Assembly: GCA_000004695.1 (NCBI GenBank)
Contig: CM000151.3
Coordinates: 6,208,001 to 6,272,000, forward strand
DNA from: Dictyostelium discoideum
Lineage: Eukaryota
Direction of reading: 5' to 3'
Length of the DNA stretch: 64,000 bases
Shown here one piece after another: positions 24,603-38,005 of the stretch. The first letter of the stretch is position 1, and every line of letters begins with the position of its first letter. The position numbers and the translations under genes were made by a program. The notes under the pieces are model-generated. The model had not been told where the DNA came from. It saw only the letters and a list, made by a program, of their open reading frames with translations, and searched no databases.

Positions 24603-27600
24603 TTATTGAGCAGTGGTTGGTGTTGGTGGAGTTGAGGTTGTTTCTATTGTTGGATTTAGATTTGTTTCTGTTGTTGGATTTGGGGTTGTTGGTGAAGTTT
24701 GTTGAGCTGGTTGTTTAGATTGTTTTGGTTGTTTTGGTTGTTTTGTTTGAGCAGCTTGTTTTGGTTGTGCTGGTTGTTTTGGTTGAGCTGGTTGTTTTGT
24801 TTGAGCAGCTTGTTTTGGTTGTGCTGGTTGTTTTGGTTGTGCAGGTTGCTTGGTTTGTTTTGGTTGTGCTGGTTGTTTTGGTGTTTGATTTGGATTTGGT
24901 TGCTTAGGTTGTTTTGGTGGCTGTTGCTGTTGACCATCTTGGGTTGGTTGTGTTTGATTTTGGTTTGGTTGTTTTGGTAGTTTTGGTTGTTTTGGTTGTT
25001 TTTTCTTTGGATGTTGGTTTGGTTGTTCTTGTTGTGTTGGGTGTTGTTGTTGTTCTTGTTGTTGTTGTTGATGATGGTGGTGCTCTTCTTGTTGACCTGG
25101 ATGATGTGGTGGATAAGGATGACCTGGATGGTAATGTGGTGGATAACCCATCATATGTGGTGGTGGTGGACCTGGTGGATAATTACCCATCATGTGTGGT
25201 GGAGGTGGTGGATAAGAATGACCTGGATGGTAATGTGGTGGGTAACCCATCATAGGTGGTGGACCTGGTGGATAATGGCCCATCATATGTGGTGGTGGAC
25301 CTTGAGGTAATCCATCTGGATCATTAGTTTGATCAGAAGAAATGGAGGTTGAAGCAAACATATTGTTCAAGAGTAAGAGAGCATTTGGATTGGTTTGAAC
25401 TTGCTCTTCACTACTACCATCACCATTATTGTGCTCAGAAGATTGGGATCCTGGGAAAGAATTTTGTTCAATATTTTGATAGATTAAATTCAAACGTTTG
25501 TTTGTTCTAGTTTGTTGTCTTAATTTTTCTGGATCAATTGGTTCTTGTGGTTGCTGAGGTGGTTGTTGAGGTGGTTGTTTAGATTGTTTTGGTTGCTTTG
25601 GTTGCTTTGGTTGTTTTGGTTGTGGTTGTGGTTGTGGTTGTGGTTGTTGTTGTGGTTTTGGTTGTTGTAATTGTTGTGGTTGTTTTCTTTGATCATTTTG
25701 ATCATAATAAAAGTTATACTCTAAATTTGGATAGTTTTTAGAAAGATCAGCATATTCTTGTTGTTCAAAATTTTGTTTAACATAAGTTGGTTTTCTCTTC
25801 ATTGGATAATTAACAGAATTTGGATTATTAATTGCTAATGGATGTTGATTAACTTTATTTTGATTATGATTTTGGCCATGATGATGATTATTATTATTAT
25901 TATTATAATTGTTATTGTTATTGTTATTATTGGCATTATGTTGTTGTGGATTAGAAATATTATTTATCAATTGTAATTGTTGCCAATTTAATTCTTTATT
26001 TTCAACAGCATTAGTAATTGGAGTTTGTTGATCAATTTGTTGATTTAATTTTTGACCACCATTTGAATAAATTTTCTTTTGACCATGATTATGGTTATTA
26101 TTTTGTTGAGTTTGAACTTTTTCCCAATATTCAGCAGGATCAATTGATTGATCATAGAACTTATTAATTGTTGATTTTGGTGGTGGTGGTGGACAAGAAA
26201 GATTATAAAGTCTAAGTTTAGAGATACAAATACCTCTTTTCTCTGAACAATAACCATCTAAACTATTACCAGCAAAACATTCGGTATCAAAGACAACATC
26301 AACCTTTTGATCTTGAATAGAGGCAACAGTACCAAAAGTACCAAATGGTAAATTACCTTTATCTAGAATGGAAACTACTCTATCACCTAAATGGAATTTA
26401 CCAGTGTTGGCAAATGATTGGAAAGAATAATTTTGGGAAGATAAAGTTGGAGATTTAACACCATTTTGAGAGTTATTTAAATCTTGTTTTGGTTGTAGTC
26501 CCTTGATGAGATGATGTCTTTCCATTGAAATAACCGATTCATAAGAGGGTGGCTCCACGATATCAGTTGTTGAACAATGAATCTCTTGAATTGTATATTC
26601 AGTTTGATGAGTTTGATCATAATAATATTTTTCAATCTTTTCAATACCTTCCTTACCTAAAGAGTCGGTACCACATGGTACAACTCTTTTCTTTCTAATG
26701 CCACTCTTTTCAATAAACTCTTCGACTCCTTGTAAGAATTCAGCTTTCTCCTCTTTGGTAGCGAATAAAGGAGTGATATCGACATTCTTTGACATTTTAG
26801 CACCACCAACACCAATGTTTGAATCTGGTTTTGAGAATAATGCTAAAATTTGATGAAGTAATGGGAACTTGTTAAAGTATTCAGTGATTAAATTGATAGC
26901 CTCTTGACTAAACTCCCATTGATGAAAAATGTTACCACCTCTGTTCACATCATAACCTCTACAATAACCTAAAACCTGTTGTTGTCTACCAGTGAATTTT
27001 AAATTTAAACCAATATCAACCATTGGTTTGAAAATGAATAAACCTGCAGTTAATTGACTAATACTTGAAACTGTAGTACCAACCAATTTAGCGACATGTT
27101 GAATTGGAAAGTATTCAACCTCTTTCTTTGCAACTTGATGACCAAAGTTCATATCCATCTTTACCGATGGTACCTTAATCTCCAATTGAAGTTGATTATC
27201 ATAATGATTGATGACTGTACCAATTGTACCGAAATATTGTTTCTTTGTTACCAATACTTTCTTACCGATTGGGAATCTCTTTTCAAATGGTAATTCATCG
27301 ATTTCTTCAAATCTTGAATCGGTTGCAATTAAATCATAATCTACCATTAATTCAATTGGATAAACATCCTCTTCATCTGAATAACGTTTCTTTGTACTAC
27401 CATTTGGCATGGTTTGAACACCAACCAATTTATTGATATGTACCAAAATGGTGTTAGTATCTTCATAACCTAATTTTGAAGCAGTATAACCAGTTGATGA
27501 ACCATTAGATTGTTGTTTACCATCATCTTTTTCATTATCATAATAGATATTGATACCCTTACGAAGTAATGAAAGTTTTGTTTTTTTAACATGATCAAGG

Positions 27601-29264
27601 AAAGCCAATTTTTGAGGTGTTGAATTATCAGTTGTTCCCTTTGAAAACAATTTTCTATTTGAACAAGAGAAATAAAGGATCTTACCCTCTTGATGATATG
27701 GCCAATTGATATAACATTTTTTACCGATTAATGATTTCAATTTTGAAAATTCATCGATATTGTTACAATCGTATTGTTTCGATTGATGAGGTGGTACAAC
27801 GATTAATGAATCTTTTCTTGACATCATGCCCCAAACATCGATAACTGAATTTTGATATTTCCAAGTGAATTGTAAACTCTTGAAAGTTGGGAAACCCGAT
27901 GGACATTGAACACCTGTTAAAACTTGATCAGCACAATAACGGAAATGTGGTAATGGATTATCAAATGTTGGTAGTACTATATCCTCGGTTGTTGCTGATG
28001 AATGTTCAATATCCTTGAAAACATTTGAATTTGGTGATTTAACAAATTGATCAACATCGGCATCATGATAGATGATAACGGCATTCTTGATACTATTTCT
28101 AGCCTCTTCTTCATCGGTGAAAACCTTTTGACCCGATTGGGCCAATGATTTCTTTATGGATGCTGTTGCATCCAATAGTCTTTGATGATCAATGAAACCC
28201 AATTCTGCAATACCATCGAAATAATGAGGATCCTTTGTATCGATTTCAAATTCAACTGGATAGAAATCAATAATTGGCGAGAATAGATCCAACATTAACG
28301 TTTGATAACTCTTTGGTATTAAATCAACCGATTGTGGTGGTAATACACTTAAAAGCTGCTGGAATGGTGTTATTGGTTCACCTGGTTGGAAATCAATGTG
28401 CAAATCTGGTATATTGTTGAAATCGATTGCCAATGGTGCATAGTAGAATGGATAGAACCAAACCCAAGAGATACAACCGTTGTGATAGTAATTCAATACC
28501 CAAACTAAACCTTCGACATAGGATAATACAACTTTCTCTTTAAATGCTTTAATCTCATCCAATGTATTTGGGAATTCGTTAAAATATTGTCTATAATAAG
28601 AGTTTTCTACATTATATAATTCGTTAACCAATTGTTCATCAGGATCTTCTTCTCCATCTTCACTATCAGAAACTGGGAAATGACTTTTTAATCTTTCCAT
28701 TGCTAATCTTTCAAATTCTTTCTTTGCCTCTTCATCTAATCCATCATGTTCTAAAACTGAATCTTCTACCAATTCTGCGACTTCCACCTTCTTATCATCT
28801 AAATCCTCTTCAGTTGAACCCATAATTCCTTGTTGTTGTTTCTTTTCGAATTTTTGTAAAAACTTGAAGAAATGTTGTAATCTTTCCAAATCGATTGTGG
28901 CGCCCTCTGTCAAGTAACCACCCAACGATGGAAGACTACTCTTATACAATTCGAATATTGAGTTTAGACCACCTTTTGAAATCTCTAAAAATGGTAAATG
29001 TGGTAAGAAATCATTACCAAAAAATATCATAATCAATATGAAATCATCTATGATTCTCTCTAAATCATATCCAAACTCTAAATCATCATTTCTTAACTCC
29101 AAGTCAAGATATTCACGTAATAATGATATGTGAAGTAATTGAAAATCTAACTGTCTCTTGGTTGGCTTAAATGATATCTCCTCTCTAAGAATTGAAAAAT
29201 TTGGTTCATGTGTAATTAATCCTAATAAAATTAAATCTGCATCTAAACCATATAAGCAATGTGA
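24603..29264 (-). CDS. XRN1-type 5'-3' exoribonuclease, exon 4 of 4 (main body and PQ/HMMGYPPG low-complexity tail)
   Basis: Acceptor tttag|TCACATTGC at 29265. SHCLYGLDADLILLGLITHEPNFSILREE... and FFGNDFLPHLP (XRN motifs). Confidence 0.85.
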   Translation of the reverse strand, partial: SHCLYGLDADLILLGLITHEPNFSILREEISFKPTKRQLDFQLLHISLLREYLDLELRNDDLEFGYDLERIIDDFILIMIFFGNDFLPHLPFLEISKGGLNSIFELYKSSLPSLGGYLTEGATIDLERLQHFFKFLQKFEKKQQQGIMGSTEEDLDDKKVEVAELVEDSVLEHDGLDEEAKKEFERLAMERLKSHFPVSDSEDGEEDPDEQLVNELYNVENSYYRQYFNEFPNTLDEIKAFKEKVVLSYVEGLVWVLNYYHNGCISWVWFYPFYYAPLAIDFNNIPDLHIDFQPGEPITPFQQLLSVLPPQSVDLIPKSYQTLMLDLFSPIIDFYPVEFEIDTKDPHYFDGIAELGFIDHQRLLDATASIKKSLAQSGQKVFTDEEEARNSIKNAVIIYHDADVDQFVKSPNSNVFKDIEHSSATTEDIVLPTFDNPLPHFRYCADQVLTGVQCPSGFPTFKSLQFTWKYQNSVIDVWGMMSRKDSLIVVPPHQSKQYDCNNIDEFSKLKSLIGKKCYINWPYHQEGKILYFSCSNRKLFSKGTTDNSTPQKLAFLDHVKKTKLSLLRKGINIYYDNEKDDGKQQSNGSSTGYTASKLGYEDTNTILVHINKLVGVQTMPNGSTKKRYSDEEDVYPIELMVDYDLIATDSRFEEIDELPFEKRFPIGKKVLVTKKQYFGTIGTVINHYDNQLQLEIKVPSVKMDMNFGHQVAKKEVEYFPIQHVAKLVGTTVSSISQLTAGLFIFKPMVDIGLNLKFTGRQQQVLGYCRGYDVNRGGNIFHQWEFSQEAINLITEYFNKFPLLHQILALFSKPDSNIGVGGAKMSKNVDITPLFATKEEKAEFLQGVEEFIEKSGIRKKRVVPCGTDSLGKEGIEKIEKYYYDQTHQTEYTIQEIHCSTTDIVEPPSYESVISMERHHLIKGLQPKQDLNNSQNGVKSPTLSSQNYSFQSFANTGKFHLGDRVVSILDKGNLPFGTFGTVASIQDQKVDVVFDTECFAGNSLDGYCSEKRGICISKLRLYNLSCPPPPPKSTINKFYDQSIDPAEYWEKVQTQQNNNHNHGQKKIYSNGGQKLNQQIDQQTPITNAVENKELNWQQLQLINNISNPQQHNANNNNNNNNYNNNNNNHHHGQNHNQNKVNQHPLAINNPNSVNYPMKRKPTYVKQNFEQQEYADLSKNYPNLEYNFYYDQNDQRKQPQQLQQPKPQQQPQPQPQPQPKQPKQPKQPKQSKQPPQQPPQQPQEPIDPEKLRQQTRTNKRLNLIYQNIEQNSFPGSQSSEHNNGDGSSEEQVQTNPNALLLLNNMFASTSISSDQTNDPDGLPQGPPPHMMGHYPPGPPPMMGYPPHYHPGHSYPPPPPHMMGNYPPGPPPPHMMGYPPHYHPGHPYPPHHPGQQEEHHHHQQQQQEQQQHPTQQEQPNQHPKKKQPKQPKLPKQPNQNQTQPTQDGQQQQPPKQPKQPNPNQTPKQPAQPKQTKQPAQPKQPAQPKQAAQTKQPAQPKQPAQPKQAAQTKQPKQPKQSKQPAQQTSPTTPNPTTETNLNPTIETTSTPPTPTTAQ

Positions 29265-29382
29265 CTAAAATTAAAAAAAAAAAAAAAAAAATAATAAAAA
29301 AAAAAAAAATAAAAAAATTTTTAGTATATATATATTAAAATTATAAATTATAAATTTTAAATTAAATTATAAAAAAACTTAC

Positions 29383-29460
29383 TTGGTTGGCATCCCAATC
29401 TGGACTAGCTTTGTTTTTACGAATGTAATCAATAATTTTATGTTCACCTTCACCTGGATT
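29383..29460 (-). CDS. XRN1 exon 3 of 4
   Basis: NPGEGEHKIIDYIRKNKASPDWDANQ (the conserved GEGEHKI motif). Acceptor caatag|AAT, donor CAA|GTAAGT. The preceding intron contains a 3x tandem 32-bp repeat (ttatgttgagaaatttcaatgaaaaa...). Confidence 0.8.
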
Positions 29461-29565
29461 CTATTGAGAAATTTCAAAGAAAAAAAAAAAAAAGAAAAAA
29501 AAAAAAAAAATTATGTTGAGAAATTTCAATGAAAAAAAAAAAAATTATGTTGAGAAATTTCAATG

Positions 29566-29598
<33 letters not shown>

Positions 29599-29629
29599 AT
29601 GATTTATAAAATGATTTTAAAAAACTTAC

Positions 29630-30051
29630 CTCTGGACCAGAAAAGATAACTCGAACTTCTCTCCAAGATAAATCTTCAGATATTTTCTTTTTAATATAAA
29701 ATTGAATTGATTCAGAAAGGTTATACATGAATTGAGTACCAGGAGTGATGGCAGTTCTATTAAAGATTACCTCTGGTACAGGTTTACCTTCTGATATTAA
29801 TTTCTGTTTTAATTTCTCATCTCTGTGAACTGATAAAAATCTACGTTGTCTTTGTTGATTAATTTTTGATCTTGGTGCAACACCATCAATTGCCATATAA
29901 AATAATTTGGTTGGTCTGATTGTATGAAAAAGTCTATCGACATAATTACAAACTTGACGAATTAATTCTTCCTCTGAAAATTCTATTAAACTATTTGCAA
30001 ATTCTTGTGAACAAGCATGTATAATACCATTCATATCCAAATATAAATTAT
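29630..30051 (-). CDS. XRN1 exon 2 of 4
   Basis: ...DNLYLDMNGIIHACSQ... (catalytic N-terminal segment). Donor GAG|GTAAGT at 29629. Confidence 0.85.
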
Positions 30052-30198
30052 CTAATATATACATATTTATATATATTTTTTTTTATTATTGTTATTATTA
30101 ATTGATATCATTCAAATATTTGATAATAAGTTGAATTTGAAAAAGAAGAAGAAGAAGAAGAAGGAAAAAAAAAAAAAAAAAAAAAAAAAAAAACATAC

Positions 30199-30286
30199 CA
30201 TACTCGGGAGGATTTGAATCTAATATTTTTTGTAAAATTTGTGGATATCTCTCTGATACCCATCTAAAAAATCTTGGAACACCCAT
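30199..30286 (-). CDS. XRN1 exon 1 of 4
   Basis: ATG at 30286. MGVPRFFRWVSERYPQI (canonical XRN N-terminus). Donor G|GTATGT at 30198. Confidence 0.85.
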
Positions 30287-30984
30287 ACTTAAATTATTAT
30301 ACTATTATTTATATTATTTATATATGTGAATGTTTTTATTGTAAGTTTTGTGTGTGTTGGTGTATTGGTGTATGTAATACCTTAAGTTAAATTTAATATG
30401 ATTATTGTACAAGATTGTAAAAATTATATTATTATTTTTATTAATTTAATATTACTATTTTATGTGTGTGTTATAAATTTTGTTATTCTTAATTTTTAAT
30501 TTTTATTATACTATCAATTTCTATCTTTTTCTTTTTTTTTTTTTTTTTTTTTTATAATTATAATTATTATTTTAATATATTATATTAAAAAATTTGAAAA
30601 AAAAAAAATCTTTAAAAATTGATTTAAAAAAATATATTATTATTACTAATATAATTATATATATTACTATTAAATGAAATAAAAATGTATACTATCGCAA
30701 AATATACAATAATAAAGATATTACTATATATAAGGGTATAAATTGGGTGAACTTGTATATATTTACAAAATAAATGAAAATTAAAAAAAAGAAAATAAAA
30801 AAAAAAAATAAAAAATAAAAAAAAAAAAAAATTGAAAAAAAAAAAAAAAATTGAAAAAAAAAGAAAAAAAAAAAAAAAAGAAAAAAAAAAATTATTTTTT
30901 GAAATTAATTTTTAATTTGATCAAACACTTTATTTGTTTTTATTTATTTATTTCTCCCTTATAAAATAGAAATGCAATAATGAC

Positions 30985-31155
30985 ATGACCAATAATAATA
31001 ATAACGATATCAACAATAATAATAATGACAATAAATCAACACTTTCATCAAGTGGCGATAACAACCCAATTCCAAAAGATAACACATCAATAAAATCTTC
31101 CAAAAGTTCCTCTTTGGATGACCCAAATTATATTGAAAATATGAAAATTCATGAA

Positions 31156-31232
<77 letters not shown>

Positions 31233-31643
31233 TAATAATAATAATAATAAAAATAAAAAAAATCATGGTGATAATAGTCAACCTAGGGTTAGAAAAAGAG
31301 GCAACAGCATTAATAATACTAAAAATAATGAAAGTAAAAGTAAAAGTAAAAATGAAAATGAAAATGAAAATGAAAATGAAAATGAAAATGAAAATGAAAA
31401 TGAAAATGAAAATGAAAATGAAAATGAAAATGAAAATGAAAATGAAAATAAAAATGAAAATAAAAATGAAAATGAAAGTAAAAAAGAAAGTGAAAAAGAA
31501 ATTGAAAAAAGAGATGAACAAGAGGAAATTAGAAGGATTAAGCTTTATTATCGTAAATTATTATTTAATAAGATCCTAGAGAATAAAGGAAGTGTAGCTC
31601 GAGACCATCTTGCTAATGAGAGAACTTTTTTAGCTTGGTTAAG
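30985..31643 (+). CDS. DUF202 (YidH-like) membrane protein, exon 1 of 2; long N/(EN)n low-complexity N-terminus
   Basis: ARDHLANERTFLAWL (DUF202 signature). Donor TTAAG|GTAAGA. (AAT)n and (GAAAAT)n coding repeats. Confidence 0.75.
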
Positions 31644-31740
31644 GTAAGATAACATTATTATTGTTATTCAACCAGTTGCTTTTTTTTTTTTTTTTCTTTC
31701 ATCTTGTTCTAATTATAAATTTTTTTTTTTTTTTTTAAAG

Positions 31741-31999
31741 AACTTCACTAGGATCTATAGGTTTAGGTGTTGCTTTAGCAAAACTTGGAACAAGTAAAGC
31801 CGGTGGTATTATATTTGTTACACTGGGATCATTAATTTTGATATATAGCCCCTTAAGGTATTTTCAAGTTTACAGACAACTATTAAAAGGAAAGTTCTCT
31901 CCGAATTTATGGGGTACAATCATATTTGTAGTTTTAGCCATTGCTTGTGCTATCACTGCTTTGGTAATTGTCTTAACAAATAATAATAATAATAATTAA
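31741..31999 (+). CDS. DUF202 membrane protein, exon 2 of 2
   Basis: Acceptor aaag|A. R-TSLGSIGLGVALAKLG... two TM helices. Stop at 31997-31999. Confidence 0.7.
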
Positions 32000-32000
32000 T

Positions 32001-32126
32001 TAATAAATTAATAATAAATAAATAAATAAATAAATAAATAAGTAAATAAATAAATAAATGAATATTATTAAAATTATTTTATTTATTTATTTATTTACTT
32101 GTTTATTTACCTATTTATTTATATAT

Positions 32127-32201
<75 letters not shown>

Positions 32202-32215
32202 TTTTGTTTATTATA
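32001..32215. repeat. Palindromic microsatellite: (TAAA)n followed by its reverse complement (TTTA)n
   Basis: 32001-32070 is (AAAT/AAGT)n and 32085-32210 is (ATTT)n, so the two halves can base-pair as a long AT hairpin. It lies immediately 3' of the DUF202 gene stop. Confidence 0.85.
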
Positions 32216-32409
32216 ACTATTTTTAATTTTTTTTTATTATAATCGGAAAATTATTTTATTATAACTTTTTTAAAACAATTCCAAAAAAAAAAAAAAAAAT
32301 AAAAAAATAAAATAAAAAATAAATAAAATAATTTGAAAAACCAGCCTTTTGGAAAAAAAAGATATTTTTTTTTTTGATGATGAGTGCTCAAAATTCTTTT
32401 TTTTTTTTT

Positions 32410-32443
<34 letters not shown>

Positions 32444-32831
32444 ATTTTTCTTTTTTTTTTTTTTTTTAATTTTTTTTTTTTTACGAAAATAGTCTTCAAA
32501 ACAATAAAAAAAATAGTACCCTTTACAAATTTAATAGCTATTCCTTACCACAAAAACAATAACAATAATTAACTGATCAAAAGAAAAATAAAATAAAAAA
32601 AAATAAAAATAAAAACAAATAAATAAAAAAAAAACAAAAAAAATTTCTAAAGTTCTCAACAGTCAAGACTCTTGCATTAACAAATTAATACAGAGCCCAG
32701 AAAAATCATTAGACTTTAAAAAACAAAAAAAACAAAAAGAAAATTAAAAACCAAAAAAAACAAAAAAAAGGGTAAAAAAGGAAAAAAAAAACCAAAAAAA
32801 AACCAATAAAAAGGAAAAAAAATAGTAAAGA

Positions 32832-33947
<1,116 letters not shown>

Positions 33948-34039
33948 GTAAGTTATAAATTATTAAATTATTTAATTATTTAATTATTAAATTATTAATT
34001 TATTAAATATTAATTAATTTATTTAATTATTTATTTAAG

Positions 34040-34373
34040 ATGCATTATTGGGTACAAGGTATTAAAAATATTTTAGTTGAATTGGCAATGAATGAAAATA
34101 AATTAATTGAAAATAAAAGACATTCTAAAAAGTTACAAATGGATTTCAATGAAATATTAACAAATGAAATCATTAAAGTTCAAACTGAATCACATAGATT
34201 AAAGAAACATTTAAAACATGATAAAGAGGAAATAAAGAAACAATTGAATGAATTTAGAATTTGGATTTTAAATTTTAGTGAATTATTCATAAAATATCAA
34301 ACTCAGGTTAAATATAATGAAGCAAATTTTAAAAAAACAATTACTCATTTAGAGATACAATCTAAAAATTCCT

Positions 34374-34448
<75 letters not shown>

Positions 34449-34678
34449 TTAATAGTAATAATAATGATATTTATAATAATAAAAGTAATGGAGGTAATAC
34501 AGATAGTGGAATTCATCATCATAGTAAACATCTTTCAACATCATTATTACCATTCTATAGTCAAAACTATATCAAACAATCACAAGTCTCACCAAATGGT
34601 ATGGCATTATGGTTTCCTGATGAATCAAGTAATAATTGTAGTTTATGTAGTGCTTTATTTACATTCTTTAAACGAAGA
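34040..34678 (+). CDS. PH-FYVE protein, exon 2 of 3
   Basis: Acceptor aag|ATG. MHYWVQGIKN (PH C-terminal helix), a coiled region, and the start of FYVE: WFPDESSNNCSLCSALFTFFKRR. Donor AGA|GTATGT. Confidence 0.8.
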
Positions 34679-34750
34679 GTATGTTATTTAAAACAAAAAA
34701 TTAATAAATAAATAAATATAAGATACTTACTAATATTATTAAAAATATAG

Positions 34751-34918
34751 CATCATTGTAGAAGATGTGGATTATTATTTTGTAATAGTTGTTCAAGCAA
34801 GAAAAGAGAAGTTAAAGGTTATTCAGAAAAGGTTAGAGTTTGTGAAGAATGTTGTGTTTCTATTGGTTTATCTTATACAGCTCATGCTTCAAAACCAAAT
34901 ACATTATCAATGTCCTAA
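34751..34918 (+). CDS. PH-FYVE protein, exon 3 of 3
   Basis: Acceptor atag|CAT. HHCRRCGLLFCNSCSSKK...RVCEECC (FYVE RRHHCR and C-x2-C knuckles). Stop at 34916-34918. Confidence 0.8.
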   Translation, partial: HHCRRCGLLFCNSCSSKKREVKGYSEKVRVCEECCVSIGLSYTAHASKPNTLSMS

Positions 34919-35218
34919 ACACTTTCAAATCTCTCACCTCTTTCCTAATAAATGGTATTTCCATTTATTTGGTAAAAAAAAAAAAAAAAAAAAAATTCAG
35001 AAAATTTAATTATTTCCACATATCCTATATAAAAAAGAAAAAACAAAAAAAAAAAAAAAAAAAAAAAAAAGGAAAAAAAAAAAAAAAAAAAAAAGAAAAT
35101 TATAATACTTTGAAGTACTTATATTAAGTAATACCATTTAAATAAATTTATTTTTTTTTTTAAAAAAACTGTTCATTTTTTGTTTTATTTTTAACTGCAA
35201 TTTCGGACAATGCCTTTA

Positions 35219-35269
<51 letters not shown>

Positions 35270-35301
35270 ACCCAAAATTCTCACAACAAAAAAAGAATAT
35301 A

Positions 35302-35456
35302 ATGAGTTGTAAGAAAAATAATTGTAATTCAAAGAGTTGTAATACTTTGACAGATTTAAAAGAAGAAGAATCAAAAAAACTAATTAGAAGTGAGGATGGT
35401 GTAAAATTTTATGATGATGAATTTATTTTTTACCAAGAAGGTAACATCCCTGTGAT
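35302..35456 (+). CDS. Hypothetical Cys-rich protein, exon 1 of 2
   Basis: ATG at 35302. Donor AT|GTATGT. Confidence 0.55.
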
Positions 35457-35571
35457 GTATGTTTATTAATAACATTTTATTTTATTATTATTATTTTTTT
35501 TTTTAAACAATTACACCTCCCCCCCTCTTCTCTATCCTTTTACTAACTTAAGTTAATTTTAATTAAAATAG

Positions 35572-36505
35572 TGTAACATTTCCACATAGTGGTAAATTAA
35601 AATTAAAAGATATTCCAATAAGAAAATCAGGATGTATTGATCCAGATTGGTGGACAGAGGATTTAGCAATTTGTATGATTCAAGCATTTAATTGTATTTC
35701 ATGTTGTTGTGGTTGTACTGTAAAAGATAAAGATGATAATAAAGCTGAATGTTGTAAACCATCTTCATCATCATCATCGTGTTCTCCAACAACAACATCT
35801 GAAGAATGTTCATGTTGTAATATTAATATAAGTTCAAATAAAGTCGATTACAAGTTAGAATGCCCAAGACCATATATTGTATATTCAAAGATTCATAGAG
35901 AAATGTGTGATTTTAATAGAGGTGAATCGAGTGCCTTTGAAGATGAACGTATGAAACCACATTATCAATTATATCATGATACAATTAAATCATTTATTTC
36001 AAAGATTAAATCAGAGAATCCTCAATACTATAATGGTGGTAAAGTTACATTATTGGATATTCACGGTCAATCGGATATACCATCCCATATATTACGTGGT
36101 ACAAAAGATACAAATACAGTTAAACCAATGTTAAAACATTTAGGTAATGATTCATTCATTGGTGAGAATAGTATTTTTGGGTACCTTTTAAATGTTGGTG
36201 GTATTGATGTATTCCCATTAAATAATTTACCAAGTGATCAAACTACAGATCCAACAAATCCAAAATATGTACCACCAAATAAAATACCACATAACAAAAA
36301 TGAATCTTATAATCCATTAAATCCATACATTGAACATCCAGAATTTAATGGAGCATTCACAGTTATAAATTATTCAAAAAATTATACAATCAATTGTATT
36401 CAAGTTGAAATTGGTTATTTATGGAGATCAACAATTGAAAACCGTATTAAATTTTCACGTACTTTAAGATCTTCAATTTTAAATTTTATTAATAATTATG
36501 TTTAA
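35572..36505 (+). CDS. Hypothetical Cys-rich protein, exon 2 of 2 (CISCCCGC..CC..SSSSSC cluster)
   Basis: Acceptor atag|TG. Long ORF with amoeba codon bias. No recognisable domain. Confidence 0.55.
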
Positions 36506-36623
36506 AATAAAAAATAATAATAATAAAATAAATAAATAAATAAAACAATAGATTATTAAATTAATTTATTTATTCATAATTATTTTATTTATTATTTGTA
36601 TTATTTGTATTATTATTATTATT

Positions 36624-36976
36624 TTAATTTAAATTTTGATTTTTAAAATTTAATAAAATATCATTTATATTTCCTTGACCAGTACCACCACTACTTTGTA
36701 ATAAATCTAATGGTAATCTACTTGTCATTGCTAAGTTTGGTTTAATACCACTTTCATCATCAATAATTCTAAATTCTAATTTTGTTAGTGGTTCAATTGG
36801 TAATTCCTCTTTAGCTTGTTTGGTTTCTTCATTTTCTTTTTCATCTTGATCTTGTTCAATTAATTCTGGTATTAATTCATCCCAAACGAATAATAATGCC
36901 TCTGTTGAAGGATGGATTGGATTAAAATCAATTAACCAAACTTGTTCATCTTTTGTAACATAACAATCAAATGTAA
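36624..36976 (-). CDS. cdc123: CDC123 (D123) family protein, exon 3 of 3
   Basis: Acceptor atatag|TTACATTT. TFDCYVTKDEQVWLIDFNP...LLFVWDEL (D123 C-terminal conserved block). Stop at 36624-36626. Confidence 0.8.
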
Positions 36977-37057
36977 CTATATTTTAAAAATATTTATTAA
37001 AGAAAAAAAAAAAAAAAAAAGAAAAGATATTATTATATTTGTACAATAATTTAAAAG

Positions 37058-37089
<32 letters not shown>

Positions 37090-37109
37090 AAAACAAAACA
37101 ATAACCTAC

Positions 37110-37354
37110 ATGAATTATTTGAAAATTTTCCACAAATTGATTCATTATAAAATTTAACAATAGCATCTTGAATCTTTTGTTTTTTATCTTTTAAAAATTT
37201 GAAATATGTTGAAATATCACGTTGTGAAATGCCCAATAATTGATTATCTTTTACAAAACATCTAAATTCCATTGATGGTTGAAGATTTTGCCATTTTCTT
37301 AAAACTAAAACATATGGTGTTAAACTATCATCTTTATCATCTTGATTAATTGAA
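37110..37354 (-). CDS. cdc123: CDC123 exon 2 of 3
   Basis: Acceptor atatag|TTC. ...LTPYVLVLRKWQNLQPSMEFRCFVKDNQLLGISQRD... Donor T|GTAGGT. Confidence 0.75.
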
Positions 37355-37448
37355 CTATATTTTTTTTTTTTTTAATTATTATAATAATCATATGTTGTTA
37401 GTAACAAACTTTTTTTTTTATTTTATTTGAAAATAGATAGATATTTAC

Positions 37449-38005
37449 AATTGCATTAAATCATGATTTATAAAATCTGAACTTTTTAATAATAAATAAA
37501 TATCTGTAGTATTTGTACATTTTAAAGAATTGTAAACGTTCATCCATGATGCATCTTTTGGTGATGACCAATTTAATTTTGGAAAGATATTTCCACCTAA
37601 TTTTTCAATTGATTTAATAATTTGATTTGATAATTCTTTAAATTCAGTTTCATTTACAATTCTTTTTGGTTTTTTATCTTTATCATTATCATTACTGTCA
37701 TCATCATCACTACTCTCATCTTCTTCATCACTATAACCTTGATAATATTTTGGATCTAATGTTGAAATATGATTTTTTGAAGTTGACCAATTATTATCAT
37801 CAAATAAATCATCATGTTCATCAACTTTAAATTCTGGGAATCCTTCATGTGGTGTGGTGAATTGGTCTGATTGTAAATAATCAATGAATATCTTTGGTAA
37901 CGGTATAACTATACTACTGAATGTAACTGACTTGAATTTTTCATACCATTCTTGGAACTGGCATTGTTTTTTATTTTCAAAATATTTGATATCATGTTTT
38001 TCCAT
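37449..38005 (-). CDS. cdc123: CDC123 exon 1 of 3
   Basis: ATG at 38005. ...FPKLNWSSPKDASWM...DIYLLLKSSDFINHDL (D123 signature). Donor TT|GTAAAT. Confidence 0.8.
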
